From an uncultured bacterium (GTDB lineage: Bacteria; Bacillota; Clostridia; Lachnospirales; Lachnospiraceae): DNA of 26,509 nt. Positions 15,607 to 23,872 of the stretch are shown here, piece by piece. The stretch covers positions 1 through 26,509 of the forward strand of contig CALFUE010000113.1 in assembly GCA_937916345.1 (NCBI GenBank). The letters are read 5' to 3'. Positions within the stretch are counted from its first letter, which is position 1; each line of letters opens with the position of its first letter. The notes below the pieces were generated by a model that was not told where the DNA came from, searched no databases, and saw only the letters and a list, made by a program, of their open reading frames with translations. The translations under genes and the position numbers were made by a program.

Positions 15607-16434
15607 TTATCTGTCAAAACCCGATATGCTCTTATGCAGCAGCTTCCTGAATTCAGGCGCCACGCGGTTTGCGGTCTCTTCCACTTCCTCCTGTGTCAAT
15701 GGCGTCGGTGAGATGCCTGCCGCAAGATTTGACACACAGGATATCCCCGCAATATCAAGCCCCATGTGTCTGGCCGCGATGGCCTCCACCACCGTGCTCA
15801 TACCGACGGCATCAGCCCCCAGCATCCTATACATCGCGATCTCTGAGGGCGTCTCGTACTGAGGCCCGGTTGTCTGGATATATACTCCCTCCTTTAAGGT
15901 AATACCCAGCTCAAAGGCTGCCCCTCTTATCACATTATTCATATCCTCATTATATACGAATGACATATCCGGGAACCTGACCCCCAGCTCGTCAATGTTT
16001 TTTCCCACCAGAGGCGAGGGTACAAAGGATGAGATGTGGTCGGTTATCAGCATGAAATCGCCTATTGAAAGTCTTCTGGCAATACCGCCCGACGCATTCG
16101 TGATGAGAAGCTTCTCTGCCCCCAGTCTCCCCATAAGCCTGACAGGCAGGACAACATCCGAAATATCATAACCCTCATAATAATGGATCCTGCCCTGCAT
16201 TACCACTACAGGCACATCCTCCACACAGCCGAATACAAACCGCCCCACATGATAGGGCGCGGTGGATACGGGAAAGCCCTCTATATCCTTATAATCGATC
16301 GTGCATTCTGCCTTGAGCTCGTCAGCGAATGCCCCCAGACCCGATCCAAGGATCACAGCCACCTTCGGCTTAAAATCCGTCTTTGCTCTGACAGATCTCT
16401 CACACGATAAAATCTTTTCATAGATCTCACTCAT
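15607..16434 (-). CDS. punA: Purine nucleoside phosphorylase, PNP-I/PunA-like family, 275 aa
   Basis: VAVILGSGLGAFADE, GFPVSTAPYHVG, VVMQGRIHYYEGY, LITNASGG, TTGPQYETPSEIAMYRMLGADAVGMSTVVEAIAARHMG and ISCVSNLAAG match PunA/PNP-I motifs closely. The RBS is GGGAGGGG. Confidence 0.85.
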   Translation of the reverse strand: MSEIYEKILSCERSVRAKTDFKPKVAVILGSGLGAFADELKAECTIDYKDIEGFPVSTAPYHVGRFVFGCVEDVPVVVMQGRIHYYEGYDISDVVLPVRLMGRLGAEKLLITNASGGIARRLSIGDFMLITDHISSFVPSPLVGKNIDELGVRFPDMSFVYNEDMNNVIRGAAFELGITLKEGVYIQTTGPQYETPSEIAMYRMLGADAVGMSTVVEAIAARHMGLDIAGISCVSNLAAGISPTPLTQEEVEETANRVAPEFRKLLHKSISGFDR

Positions 16435-16453
16435 CTGTTCACCCCTCCCTTTC

Positions 16454-18730
16454 CTAAATATATCGCTTTATAAATTCCTCGGGCTTTATGGCCATATCAA
16501 AATAATTACCCTGATACATCCTGCAGCCAAGTTTTTTAATCAGCATAAATATGTCTTCATCAGAAACCCTCTCGGGCACGATCTCCATTCCCATACTCTT
16601 TGCCACATGTATGATAGCCTCCACAATCTCTCCGGACTTCTCCTTATCATCGGGATCATAGAGAATACCCATGTCGACCTTTATGGCGGAAACTTTCAAC
16701 TGCCTGAGCAGATCCACCGAGGCGTAGGCGCTTCCGAAATTGTCCATCCAAACCACGAACCCGCTTTTTTTCAGCCTGTCAATAACGAGCTTTTGATTAT
16801 CCTTGTTGCGATAGCTGGAAATATCCGCGATTTCTAAATGCAGATTTTCTTTTTTGACGTTGAATTCTTCCGCGAGGCCGGTCAGATAATCATATATGTC
16901 CGCCTGATTCAGATCTCTTCCGGTAACATTGACCGACACGAACAGATCCTCCCTGCCCATGTCCTTCCAGCGTCTCAGCTCCTTTACAGCCTCGCGCCAC
17001 ATGTGCTGATCCAGCCTGTATATCTGACCGGTCTGTTCAAAGAAATCTATAAACTCCTCAGGCATTATGATCTTTCCGTCAGGTCTGAACCATCTCACCA
17101 GACCCTCGGCTCCCAGCACCGAACCATCCACGGAGACCACCGGCTGAAGCATCATCTTTATCTCACCGTTCAGTATGGCGTCAAAGAGTCTGACCGCGTA
17201 AACCTGCTCACCTGCTATCCGCCTCTCTATCTCTTCATTGTGGTAAATGATCCTTCTGCTGGTTCCAGACAGCTGTCGTGACGCTAGCAGTGCCTTGTCA
17301 CACATGACAGATACAGGGACCGAAGAATCCTTTATCTCATAGACACCGATCATCACATGCATGGTAAAATGGCTATGTTCCACCAGCCTGTCCACCGTGT
17401 ATGTAAATTCCAGAAACATCTTTTCATTGTAAAACTCAATGGGGAGCAGCGCGGCAAAGCAGTCACTGCCCATTCTTCCGTAAATACCCTTGTCACTGCA
17501 CTCGACAAAAAGCTGCGCGGTAGACGCGAGTATCTCGTCGCCCTTCCGGCGTCCGAACAGCCTGTTCAGCAGGCGGAAATTTTCGAAGTTGGAACAGATA
17601 ATCAGATATTTTTCCTTTGTTCTTTTTCTGAGTACCTCCTCTGCCTGCTCCATGAAATATTCCTTGTTCATCAACCCCGTCAGGGTATCTGTATGATTCT
17701 TCTCCCTCTCCTGTGAGATGAGCATCATAGGCTGAGTCACATCCCTCATGATGAAGAAACTGCCGACCTCCATGTCTTTATTCTCGGTAATCTTTTCTAT
17801 GAAGACTCTGTAGAAACGAACTCCCCTCTCGTCCTTTCTGATGGTTATACCGTCATCGCTGACCTCGCCCTCCAACAGATATTTCTCCATGGCGTCATTC
17901 ACGGTGATGGTTTCCATATCATCGGTATCCAGTATTCTCATTGCAAGCGCATTAGCGTAGATATTGTCACCGTTCTCGTCAAAGATCAGTATGCCATCGT
18001 CCATCTCATCTATGATACGGTGGAGCATTACGGTTCTCAGCTTGTCATAGGTATATGAGCTGGAGATATTTGATGTGATCAAAATGAACAGTCCGTAGAG
18101 ACACACAGACCAGTCATTCCTTAAATTGAAGAACATGTATGCCACATTTACCACTACGATGATCAGAAGAGCCACTACATAGGATAAATATCTGACACGG
18201 TAGATCCTTGCGACGCCGGCCGCCTTTCTGATCAGCATGACAAACATCAGCAGTATCAGAAAATAGTCAAAATACAAATGCAGATTGTATGGCCAGAAAG
18301 CCACATTTACAAAATAGACCTGACCCTGCTCGGACTGGAATCTCTCAAGCAGAAAGCAGTGATGAGTCAGGGTATTTACATTCAGCGAAATCACATCTAT
18401 GGCCGCCACAATCATTAAGACACCGGCAAACTTGCGCAAAAACAGGCTGCCTGTCTCGCCGGTATAAAAGATCATGTATCTGACAAAGGATATAAGCAGT
18501 ATATCGATCCCTGCAAAATAGATGGCAAAAAGCGGGTAAGCGTATGTCAGACTGCTGTTTAGGGCGATTACGACATTGTCAAGCATGCAAAGAGCAGCCC
18601 AGATGGTAACATTTCTGATATATCCGGTCTCTTTGCTGGTATTCTTTTTTTTGATGAAGAAATAGTTTACGACCAGTAATCCCAGAAAAATGATCGTAAC
18701 ATAGATATAAACTATGCCTTCGCCCGCCAT
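16454..18730 (-). CDS. Integral-membrane PAS-GGDEF-EAL signalling protein, 758 aa, with degenerate GGDEF motif (GSDCF) and atypical EAL residues
   Basis: About seven N-terminal TM helices are followed by a PAS-like segment (IIDEMDDGILIFDENGDNIYANALAMRIL). The GGDEF domain has RMGSDCF in place of RxGGDEF. The EAL domain has LQPVV, EGLVRW, DNFGSAYAS, IKVDMG and ...GCRMYQGNYF. Confidence 0.85.
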   Translation of the reverse strand: MAGEGIVYIYVTIIFLGLLVVNYFFIKKKNTSKETGYIRNVTIWAALCMLDNVVIALNSSLTYAYPLFAIYFAGIDILLISFVRYMIFYTGETGSLFLRKFAGVLMIVAAIDVISLNVNTLTHHCFLLERFQSEQGQVYFVNVAFWPYNLHLYFDYFLILLMFVMLIRKAAGVARIYRVRYLSYVVALLIIVVVNVAYMFFNLRNDWSVCLYGLFILITSNISSSYTYDKLRTVMLHRIIDEMDDGILIFDENGDNIYANALAMRILDTDDMETITVNDAMEKYLLEGEVSDDGITIRKDERGVRFYRVFIEKITENKDMEVGSFFIMRDVTQPMMLISQEREKNHTDTLTGLMNKEYFMEQAEEVLRKRTKEKYLIICSNFENFRLLNRLFGRRKGDEILASTAQLFVECSDKGIYGRMGSDCFAALLPIEFYNEKMFLEFTYTVDRLVEHSHFTMHVMIGVYEIKDSSVPVSVMCDKALLASRQLSGTSRRIIYHNEEIERRIAGEQVYAVRLFDAILNGEIKMMLQPVVSVDGSVLGAEGLVRWFRPDGKIIMPEEFIDFFEQTGQIYRLDQHMWREAVKELRRWKDMGREDLFVSVNVTGRDLNQADIYDYLTGLAEEFNVKKENLHLEIADISSYRNKDNQKLVIDRLKKSGFVVWMDNFGSAYASVDLLRQLKVSAIKVDMGILYDPDDKEKSGEIVEAIIHVAKSMGMEIVPERVSDEDIFMLIKKLGCRMYQGNYFDMAIKPEEFIKRYI

Positions 18731-18748
18731 AAGGAAATGCTCCCTGTC

Positions 18749-20098
18749 TTATCTCATACTGTAGTAGATCAGCTGATCAACGATATCAGGATAAAGGAAA
18801 GTGTTGGAAACCCTTCTTAGGAGTCCGAAATTCTCTCCAGAACCATTGAACGAATTGTTGTCCCACCATACACACGGAATGCCGTAATGTGAGGCCCGTG
18901 CAACAAAATATGCCGCATGCTCCACTCTTGCTTCGGTATTGTTGTCCTTATTCATGGAACCGAACTCACCTATCACCACGCCGATTCCTCTGGTTATATA
19001 TTTATCATAGAGTTTTTTTAACACGGCATCGATATCTCCCGTGCCATTGTTTCCGGAAATCGAAAACTCGTTTGTGCCGGATTTGTCCAAAGCAAAGCTG
19101 TAGGGAGTGTAAGCATGCGCCGAGATCAGTATCCTGTTTTCCGCAGTTGCATATGTGTCCTCAGGAATCTTGAAGGCATTTACGGTGCAGAAGTCAGGCG
19201 ACGCGCAATAGCCGGGAACCATGATATATCTGTCGGGATTGTGACCTGAGCCGTTCTGTCTTATTGTGTCGACTATCGCCTGATTGAGCTGATTAATGCA
19301 GTCACAGGCCTCCGCGCCATCGCCGGATGTGGTGGAGCTGAGCCACCACTCATGATCCGTACCTACCTGCCTCGGCTCATTCATGGTCTCAAAAATCACA
19401 TGCTCGTCGTAATCGGCAAATCTCCCGGAAACCTGTTCCCAGATCTTTGTGGTATAAGCGACAGACTGATCCAGCTTCTCATAAGAAGGATACTCGTAAT
19501 CCGGGGAATTGTCGTGATGGATATTAATTATGACATACAAGCCCCTGTCGTAGGCCCAGTTTACCACCTCCTGGACTCTGTCAAGCCATGGAGTGCTGAT
19601 ATTGTAGTCCTCATCCACATGATTATGCCATGACACCGGTATCCTGATTGTCTTGAAGCCGGCCTCATACAGTGTCTGTATGTGCGCCTCCTCTGTCTTT
19701 ACTCCGACCCATACGCTCTCGTAATCCATCTCATCACTGACGCCTGAATCCACGGCATCAAAAGTATTTCCGAGGTTCCACCCAATGCCCATGTCGGAAG
19801 TAAACCTTATGGCCTCGCTGTCGGGGATCTCATCCTCACTGAAATCAGGCAGCTCTATGGGCTCACTCCCGAAGGGAGTGAGAGAAACGGCATCTTTACT
19901 ATCTGTGGTCTGCTCTTCGACAGTCCAGACGTCCTGCTCCCCGGTCGACTGAGTATTCTCTTCTGTCATCTGAATATTCTCTGCTGTCGTCTGAGTATTC
20001 TCCGCTGTCGCAGTCTCTTCGACGTTATTCCCGGCCGTACCGCATCCCGCCAGAGCCGCCGTAAGAAGGCATACTGCAAGAGTTTTTGATTTTTTCAT
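18749..20098 (-). CDS. Glycoside hydrolase family 5 lipoprotein, 449 aa, with N-terminal low-complexity repeat linker
   Basis: The lipoprotein signal is MKKSKTLAVCLLTAALAGC. GH5 motifs are GWNLGNTFDA, RIPVSWHNHVD, the FETMNEPR acid/base and the VVIGEFGS nucleophile. The RBS AGGAGA is 6 nt before the ATG. Confidence 0.85.
   Translation of the reverse strand: MKKSKTLAVCLLTAALAGCGTAGNNVEETATAENTQTTAENIQMTEENTQSTGEQDVWTVEEQTTDSKDAVSLTPFGSEPIELPDFSEDEIPDSEAIRFTSDMGIGWNLGNTFDAVDSGVSDEMDYESVWVGVKTEEAHIQTLYEAGFKTIRIPVSWHNHVDEDYNISTPWLDRVQEVVNWAYDRGLYVIINIHHDNSPDYEYPSYEKLDQSVAYTTKIWEQVSGRFADYDEHVIFETMNEPRQVGTDHEWWLSSTTSGDGAEACDCINQLNQAIVDTIRQNGSGHNPDRYIMVPGYCASPDFCTVNAFKIPEDTYATAENRILISAHAYTPYSFALDKSGTNEFSISGNNGTGDIDAVLKKLYDKYITRGIGVVIGEFGSMNKDNNTEARVEHAAYFVARASHYGIPCVWWDNNSFNGSGENFGLLRRVSNTFLYPDIVDQLIYYSMR
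19939..20022 (-). repeat. Imperfect ~21-nt tandem repeats (x3-4) encoding the T/E/N/Q-rich linker ETATAENTQTTAENIQMTEENTQSTGEQ of the GH5 lipoprotein
   Basis: The units CTGAGTATTCTC(C/T)GCTGTCG / CTGAATATTCTCTGCTGTCG are seen directly on the plus strand. Confidence 0.5.
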
Positions 20099-20164
20099 GA
20101 TGGTCTCCTCATAATTGATCTGAAATCAATTTAAACTATACCACATACTGCCCCTAAAAAGCAA

Positions 20165-20198
20165 GAAAAAGCCCTGTGCCATGCACAGGGCTTTTTTG
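20165..20198. terminator. Rho-independent terminator, bidirectional: AAAAAGCCCTGTG-CCATG-CACAGGGCTTTTTT
   Basis: A perfect GC-rich 8-9 bp stem is flanked by an A-run and a T-run, so either strand gives a hairpin plus a U-tract. It lies downstream of the 20218..21039 gene and upstream of the GH5 gene at 18749. Confidence 0.75.
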
Positions 20199-20217
20199 CT
20201 CTATCAAAATCGACTTA

Positions 20218-20520
20218 TCACTTAACTACTACCTTGATCGTAACTTTCTTTGCAGCCTTTGCATAATCGTCTGAAGCCTTGGCTGTAACCTTTGTAGAGA
20301 TCTTATAGGTTCCTGCCGTGGTTCCCTTCTTTACAGTAACCTTTCCCTTCTTGTCGACGGATACGTTACCTGTCTTGTCGCTCTTTGCCGTAAAGGACGG
20401 GACCGTCTTTGCGATAGCCTGTACGCTAAAGGTCTTTGCTGCCTTTGCCAGGTCTGTTGCCTTGAAAGTCTTCTTGTTGCCTGATACTGTTATGGTCTGT
20501 GTTTCTTTTTCAGAGGATGC
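20218..20520. repeat. Copy 1 of a ~295-bp near-identical direct repeat (module C coding region); identical 61-nt core at 20406-20466
   Basis: Compared by eye with 21722-22020. There is a 29-nt identical run, then a 61-nt identical run (TCTTTGCGATAGCCTGTACGCTAAAGGTCTTTGCTGCCTTTGCCAGGTCTGTTGCCTTGAA). The flanks are more diverged. Confidence 0.75.
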
Positions 20521-21039
20521 AGTTGTGGCAGCAGATGCCGCAGGAGTAATATCCGTACTTCCCGCGAAAATCTTCACAGACTTTACTGTGGGTTCTCCAC
20601 CCCACCAATGACACAGTACAAAATTCGCATACCAGTCATCATCACTATGACTCTTGTAAACCGAAGGAACATTTACAGTAAGCACATACTCATTTGCTGC
20701 GCTGCCATCCTTGAGCTCATAATCTTTTCCGCTTCCGGCATTTCCCCATTCCTTCTGGTCACTCCAGCCACCATTATCTGTACAGCTCGGTGCAACACCG
20801 CCGCCTGAGCCTGCCGAGAGATCCTTGACCTCCAATGTGTATTCAATCTTGGTCACACTGGTGGCGTCAATCCCCAAATCCCTGAAACTGATCGTATAGT
20901 TACCATCTTCAGTAATAAAACCTATATCTGCGGTGCTCTTTGCCGCCGCAGACACATCTGCCGCGCTAAACGCTGCTGTTCCCGAAAACGCAAGCACTGC
21001 GGTGAGCGCCGCAGATAAAACCTTTTTGAAAATCTTCAT
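20218..21039 (-). CDS. Secreted non-catalytic modular protein: signal peptide + module A (two Cys, WGNA...CxWWGxP) + Thr/Ala linker + module C (Lys-rich Ig-like/Big_2-like C-terminal domain), 273 aa
   Basis: The signal is MKIFKKVLSAALTAVLAFSGTAAFSA. Module A is homologous to the core of the 21070 product. The C-terminal ~95 aa are nearly identical to the C-terminus of the 21722 product. The RBS is AGGAGGT. Confidence 0.7.
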   Translation of the reverse strand: MKIFKKVLSAALTAVLAFSGTAAFSAADVSAAAKSTADIGFITEDGNYTISFRDLGIDATSVTKIEYTLEVKDLSAGSGGGVAPSCTDNGGWSDQKEWGNAGSGKDYELKDGSAANEYVLTVNVPSVYKSHSDDDWYANFVLCHWWGGEPTVKSVKIFAGSTDITPAASAATTASSEKETQTITVSGNKKTFKATDLAKAAKTFSVQAIAKTVPSFTAKSDKTGNVSVDKKGKVTVKKGTTAGTYKISTKVTAKASDDYAKAAKKVTIKVVVK

Positions 21040-21069
21040 AGTCGTTCTTTACCTCCTGATCGATCCGGT

Positions 21070-21705
21070 TCAAAGAGAATTTCTTTTCCTGAGTGCAAAG
21101 ATGATGAGTCCTGCAGCTGCTATCACCATAACGATACCCGCTGTGGGAGCTACATCTGCAGTCTTTGCTACTGTAGCCGGCGCCTCCTCTGAAGAAGCTT
21201 CGGTTTCTGCAGCAGTCTCGACTAATACAGCCGCCCCGCCGTCAGAGATGGTGACTGAGGTGATCACGATGGGATCGCCCCACCACTGCTGCAGACAGAT
21301 CTGTGCGTAATAATCCTCAGGAGCAACCTCGCCGAACTCGCCATCAGGAATATCAAATGTCATAGACCATGATCCGTCAGCTCCTGATGCGATAACGGGC
21401 TGATCGGCATTTCCCCAGTAGTTTGACTCCTTCTGATCCCAGCCGCAGGCAGATCCATTGAACATCAGACCGCCGCCGAAGCCCTCAGAGTCATCAGCCG
21501 TGAAATTGAAGGTGATAGACTTTACGGTTGCGGGATCATATCCCTCGGCAACCAGGTCTACCGAATACATTCCGTCGTCTCCGACAGAACCTACACCGGA
21601 TGTATTGCTGCCAATAGCCGCAAATACCGATGTGCTCATGGAAAGTGTCAGCGCGAATGCACATGCGCCTGCCAGTACCTTTGATAAAGCATTTTTGATT
21701 TCCAT
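21070..21705 (-). CDS. Secreted/anchored non-catalytic protein: signal peptide + module A + Ala/Glu/Thr linker + C-terminal hydrophobic segment and basic tail (IVMVIAAAGLIIFALRKRNSL), 211 aa
   Basis: Module A (...GFGGGLMFNGSACGWDQKESNYWGNAD...YYAQICLQQWWGDPIVITSVTISDGG) aligns with module A of the 20218 product. The C-terminus looks like a Gram-positive sorting or tail-anchor signal but has no canonical LPXTG (VAPTAG is present instead). The RBS is GGAGGGGG. Confidence 0.7.
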   Translation of the reverse strand: MEIKNALSKVLAGACAFALTLSMSTSVFAAIGSNTSGVGSVGDDGMYSVDLVAEGYDPATVKSITFNFTADDSEGFGGGLMFNGSACGWDQKESNYWGNADQPVIASGADGSWSMTFDIPDGEFGEVAPEDYYAQICLQQWWGDPIVITSVTISDGGAAVLVETAAETEASSEEAPATVAKTADVAPTAGIVMVIAAAGLIIFALRKRNSL

Positions 21706-21721
21706 CAGTTTCCCCCTCCTT

Positions 21722-22020
21722 TTATTTTACAACAACTTTAACCGTTACCTTTTTTGTAGCCTTCTTGTAAACACTTGATGCCTTTGCAACTACCTTTGTA
21801 GCTATCTTATAAGTTCCTGCCGCGGTCCCCTTCTTTACAGTAACCTTTCCGGAAGTGTCGATAGATACATTGCCTGTCTTGTCGCTCTTTGCCGTAAAGG
21901 AAGGCGCTGTCTTTGCGATAGCCTGTACGCTAAAGGTCTTTGCTGCCTTTGCCAGGTCTGTTGCCTTGAAGGTCTTTTTATTTCCGCTGACACTGATGGT
22001 CTGAGTCTGCTTTGAAGCTG
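21722..22020. repeat. Copy 2 of the ~295-bp direct repeat (module C coding region); identical 61-nt core at 21910-21970
   Basis: See copy 1. The comparison was by eye and no alignment was computed. Confidence 0.75.
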
Positions 22021-22531
22021 CCGAAGCCGTATCAGCGGCTGCTGCCTGCTCGCCCAGTGTAAACGTAATCTCTAACGAAGTAAATGAGAGAGTGTTTGAT
22101 ACTGCGGGAGCACTTTTTGTGTTGCCGAACTCGTTGTAAAACTCAATCCTGTAGTTACCATTCTCCTCTATGTCACCGGTAAGAACCTTTGAAAAATCAA
22201 CAGCAACATCCTTTCCGTCCGCCTTCATGGAAACAGCGGTAAGAGGAGCCGTGTCCGCAAGTGACGCACCACCCTTAATATCTATTACGAATACCGTAAG
22301 ACCTTCAGCAACTGATTCCGCCGTGTAGGAGAGAGTATATGTGCCGGCTCCCTTTACAGTCGTCTTTACATTATCTCCCCACTCCTGAGGATACCAGTCT
22401 CCATCCGCGAATCCCAGCACCGCCGTGTAAGAATCGGCTGCATAAACCTCTGTCGCAGAAAAAGCAAACGCGCCCGTAAACGCCAATGCCGCACTCAAAG
22501 CCAACGAAACAACCTTCTTAAACATTTTCAT
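21722..22531 (-). CDS. Secreted non-catalytic modular protein: signal peptide + module B (~140-aa beta-sandwich-like domain also present twice in the 804-aa GH5) + module C, 269 aa
   Basis: The signal is MKMFKKVVSLALSAALAFTGAFAFSA. Module B (YTAVLGFADGDWYPQEWGDN...GTYTLSYTAE...LEITFTLGE) resembles both flanking domains of the 24039..26453 product. Module C is nearly identical to the one in the 20218 product. Confidence 0.7.
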   Translation of the reverse strand: MKMFKKVVSLALSAALAFTGAFAFSATEVYAADSYTAVLGFADGDWYPQEWGDNVKTTVKGAGTYTLSYTAESVAEGLTVFVIDIKGGASLADTAPLTAVSMKADGKDVAVDFSKVLTGDIEENGNYRIEFYNEFGNTKSAPAVSNTLSFTSLEITFTLGEQAAAADTASAASKQTQTISVSGNKKTFKATDLAKAAKTFSVQAIAKTAPSFTAKSDKTGNVSIDTSGKVTVKKGTAAGTYKIATKVVAKASSVYKKATKKVTVKVVVK

Positions 22532-22622
22532 TCTTCCTTAAACCTCCTGTCTGAATCAATAACAAACTACAGCAACATTTATTTAAGCTCTGTCTCCCCC
22601 CCTTTCATAAAATACACGGAAA

Positions 22623-22651
22623 ATTATATCACTTGCGCAAATCTATGGCAA
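22623..22651 (-). promoter_or_regulatory. Strong sigma-A-type promoter on the minus strand: -35 TTGCCA (22646-22651), 17-nt spacer, -10 TATAAT (22623-22628); ~85-nt 5'UTR to the ATG at 22531
   Basis: The hexamers and spacing are read directly from the sequence. It would drive the 21722, 21070 and 20218 genes through to the terminator at 20165-20198. Confidence 0.45.
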
Positions 22652-22672
22652 TCATCCATTAAATATTTCCGA

Positions 22673-23872
22673 TTACTTCGAGTAATACGCCAGCTGTTCG
22701 ACGATCTGTGAATACTTAACCTTGTTTGTCTTTCTGTCGAAGAGTCCGAAATTTTCGGCTCCTGTCCCGAAGGCATTGTTGTCCCACCAGACGGCAGTCA
22801 TTCCGTAATGTCTCGCCAGAGCGACATAATACGCCGCGCACTTCGCTCTCTCGGCGGTGTTGTCCTTGTTGACTATACCGAACTCTCCGATCACCACTCC
22901 AATGCCCTTTGAAGTAAATCTTTCGTAGGCCTGCTTCATAAAAGTATTCAGCTCCGTCTTGTCGGCGTCGTTGAAATCAGACCTTCCCGATCCGTCAAAA
23001 GCCATGGAATAAGGTCTGTAAGCATGTATCGAAACCAGTATCCTGTTTGACTTGGAGGCGTTCTTGTCCGTCGGGAGCTTGAAATAATCCGTGAGCGTAA
23101 AATCCGGTGATGCCGCATAGCCCGGCACCATGATATATCTCTTTTTATTGTTGCTTCCGCCGGCAGTCCTTATGGTATCCACCGCCACCTGATTCAGCTT
23201 GTTGATATAGTTCATGGCCTCCTGCCCCTCACTGCTGGAATCCGGCATGAACCACCAGGGATTGGACATAGAGAGATTCCTGGGCTCGTTCATCGTCTCG
23301 AATATCAGGCGATCTCCGTAGCTCTTGAATCTCTTCGCTATCTGCTTCCAAATGGTCTTCACATACTTCTTTGATGCTGAGTAGGCTGCCTTTGTGGGCT
23401 GCATCTGCTCGTCGTCATGATGTATATTTAAGATGACATACATCCCGTTGTTATATGCGTAATCAACCACGGTCTGCACCCTGTCCATCCATGCATCCGA
23501 TATGGTAAGCTTTGAATCCACGTGATTGTGCCATGACACGGGGATCCTTATGGTATTGAAGCCTTGTTTCTTAATGGCCTTGATGAGAGCCTCGGATGTC
23601 TTTTCCTTTTGGGATGTCCAGGCCGTCTCATACTCCAGCTCATCGCTAAGCCATGTGCAGTCATAGGCGTCAAAGGTATTGCCCAGATTCCATCCGAGCT
23701 GCATCTTATTGACAAACCTGATCGCAGCAGTATTCTTTACACTTACGCTCTCAAAGCCTGCGGTATCTACCTTTACTACTGCGGCCTTTGCATCTTCCGG
23801 CGATAGAGTTACACCGGATAATGCTATTACAGCCGCAAGAAGAGAGGCCGTCAGTTTTTTTATCTTCTTCAT
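22673..23872 (-). CDS. Glycoside hydrolase family 5, secreted, 399 aa (paralog of the 18749 GH5)
   Basis: The signal peptide is MKKIKKLTASLLAAVIALSGVTLSPEDAKA. GH5 motifs are LGWNLGNTFDA, RIPVSWHNHVD, the FETMNEPR acid/base and the VVIGEFGI nucleophile. Confidence 0.85.
   Translation of the reverse strand: MKKIKKLTASLLAAVIALSGVTLSPEDAKAAVVKVDTAGFESVSVKNTAAIRFVNKMQLGWNLGNTFDAYDCTWLSDELEYETAWTSQKEKTSEALIKAIKKQGFNTIRIPVSWHNHVDSKLTISDAWMDRVQTVVDYAYNNGMYVILNIHHDDEQMQPTKAAYSASKKYVKTIWKQIAKRFKSYGDRLIFETMNEPRNLSMSNPWWFMPDSSSEGQEAMNYINKLNQVAVDTIRTAGGSNNKKRYIMVPGYAASPDFTLTDYFKLPTDKNASKSNRILVSIHAYRPYSMAFDGSGRSDFNDADKTELNTFMKQAYERFTSKGIGVVIGEFGIVNKDNTAERAKCAAYYVALARHYGMTAVWWDNNAFGTGAENFGLFDRKTNKVKYSQIVEQLAYYSK

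Noticed and set aside
21070-21180. Canonical LPXTG sortase substrate
   Set aside because: The motif is VAPTAG, with Pro and Thr not in LPXTG register. This is kept as a finding about a non-canonical anchor rather than called as a sortase substrate.
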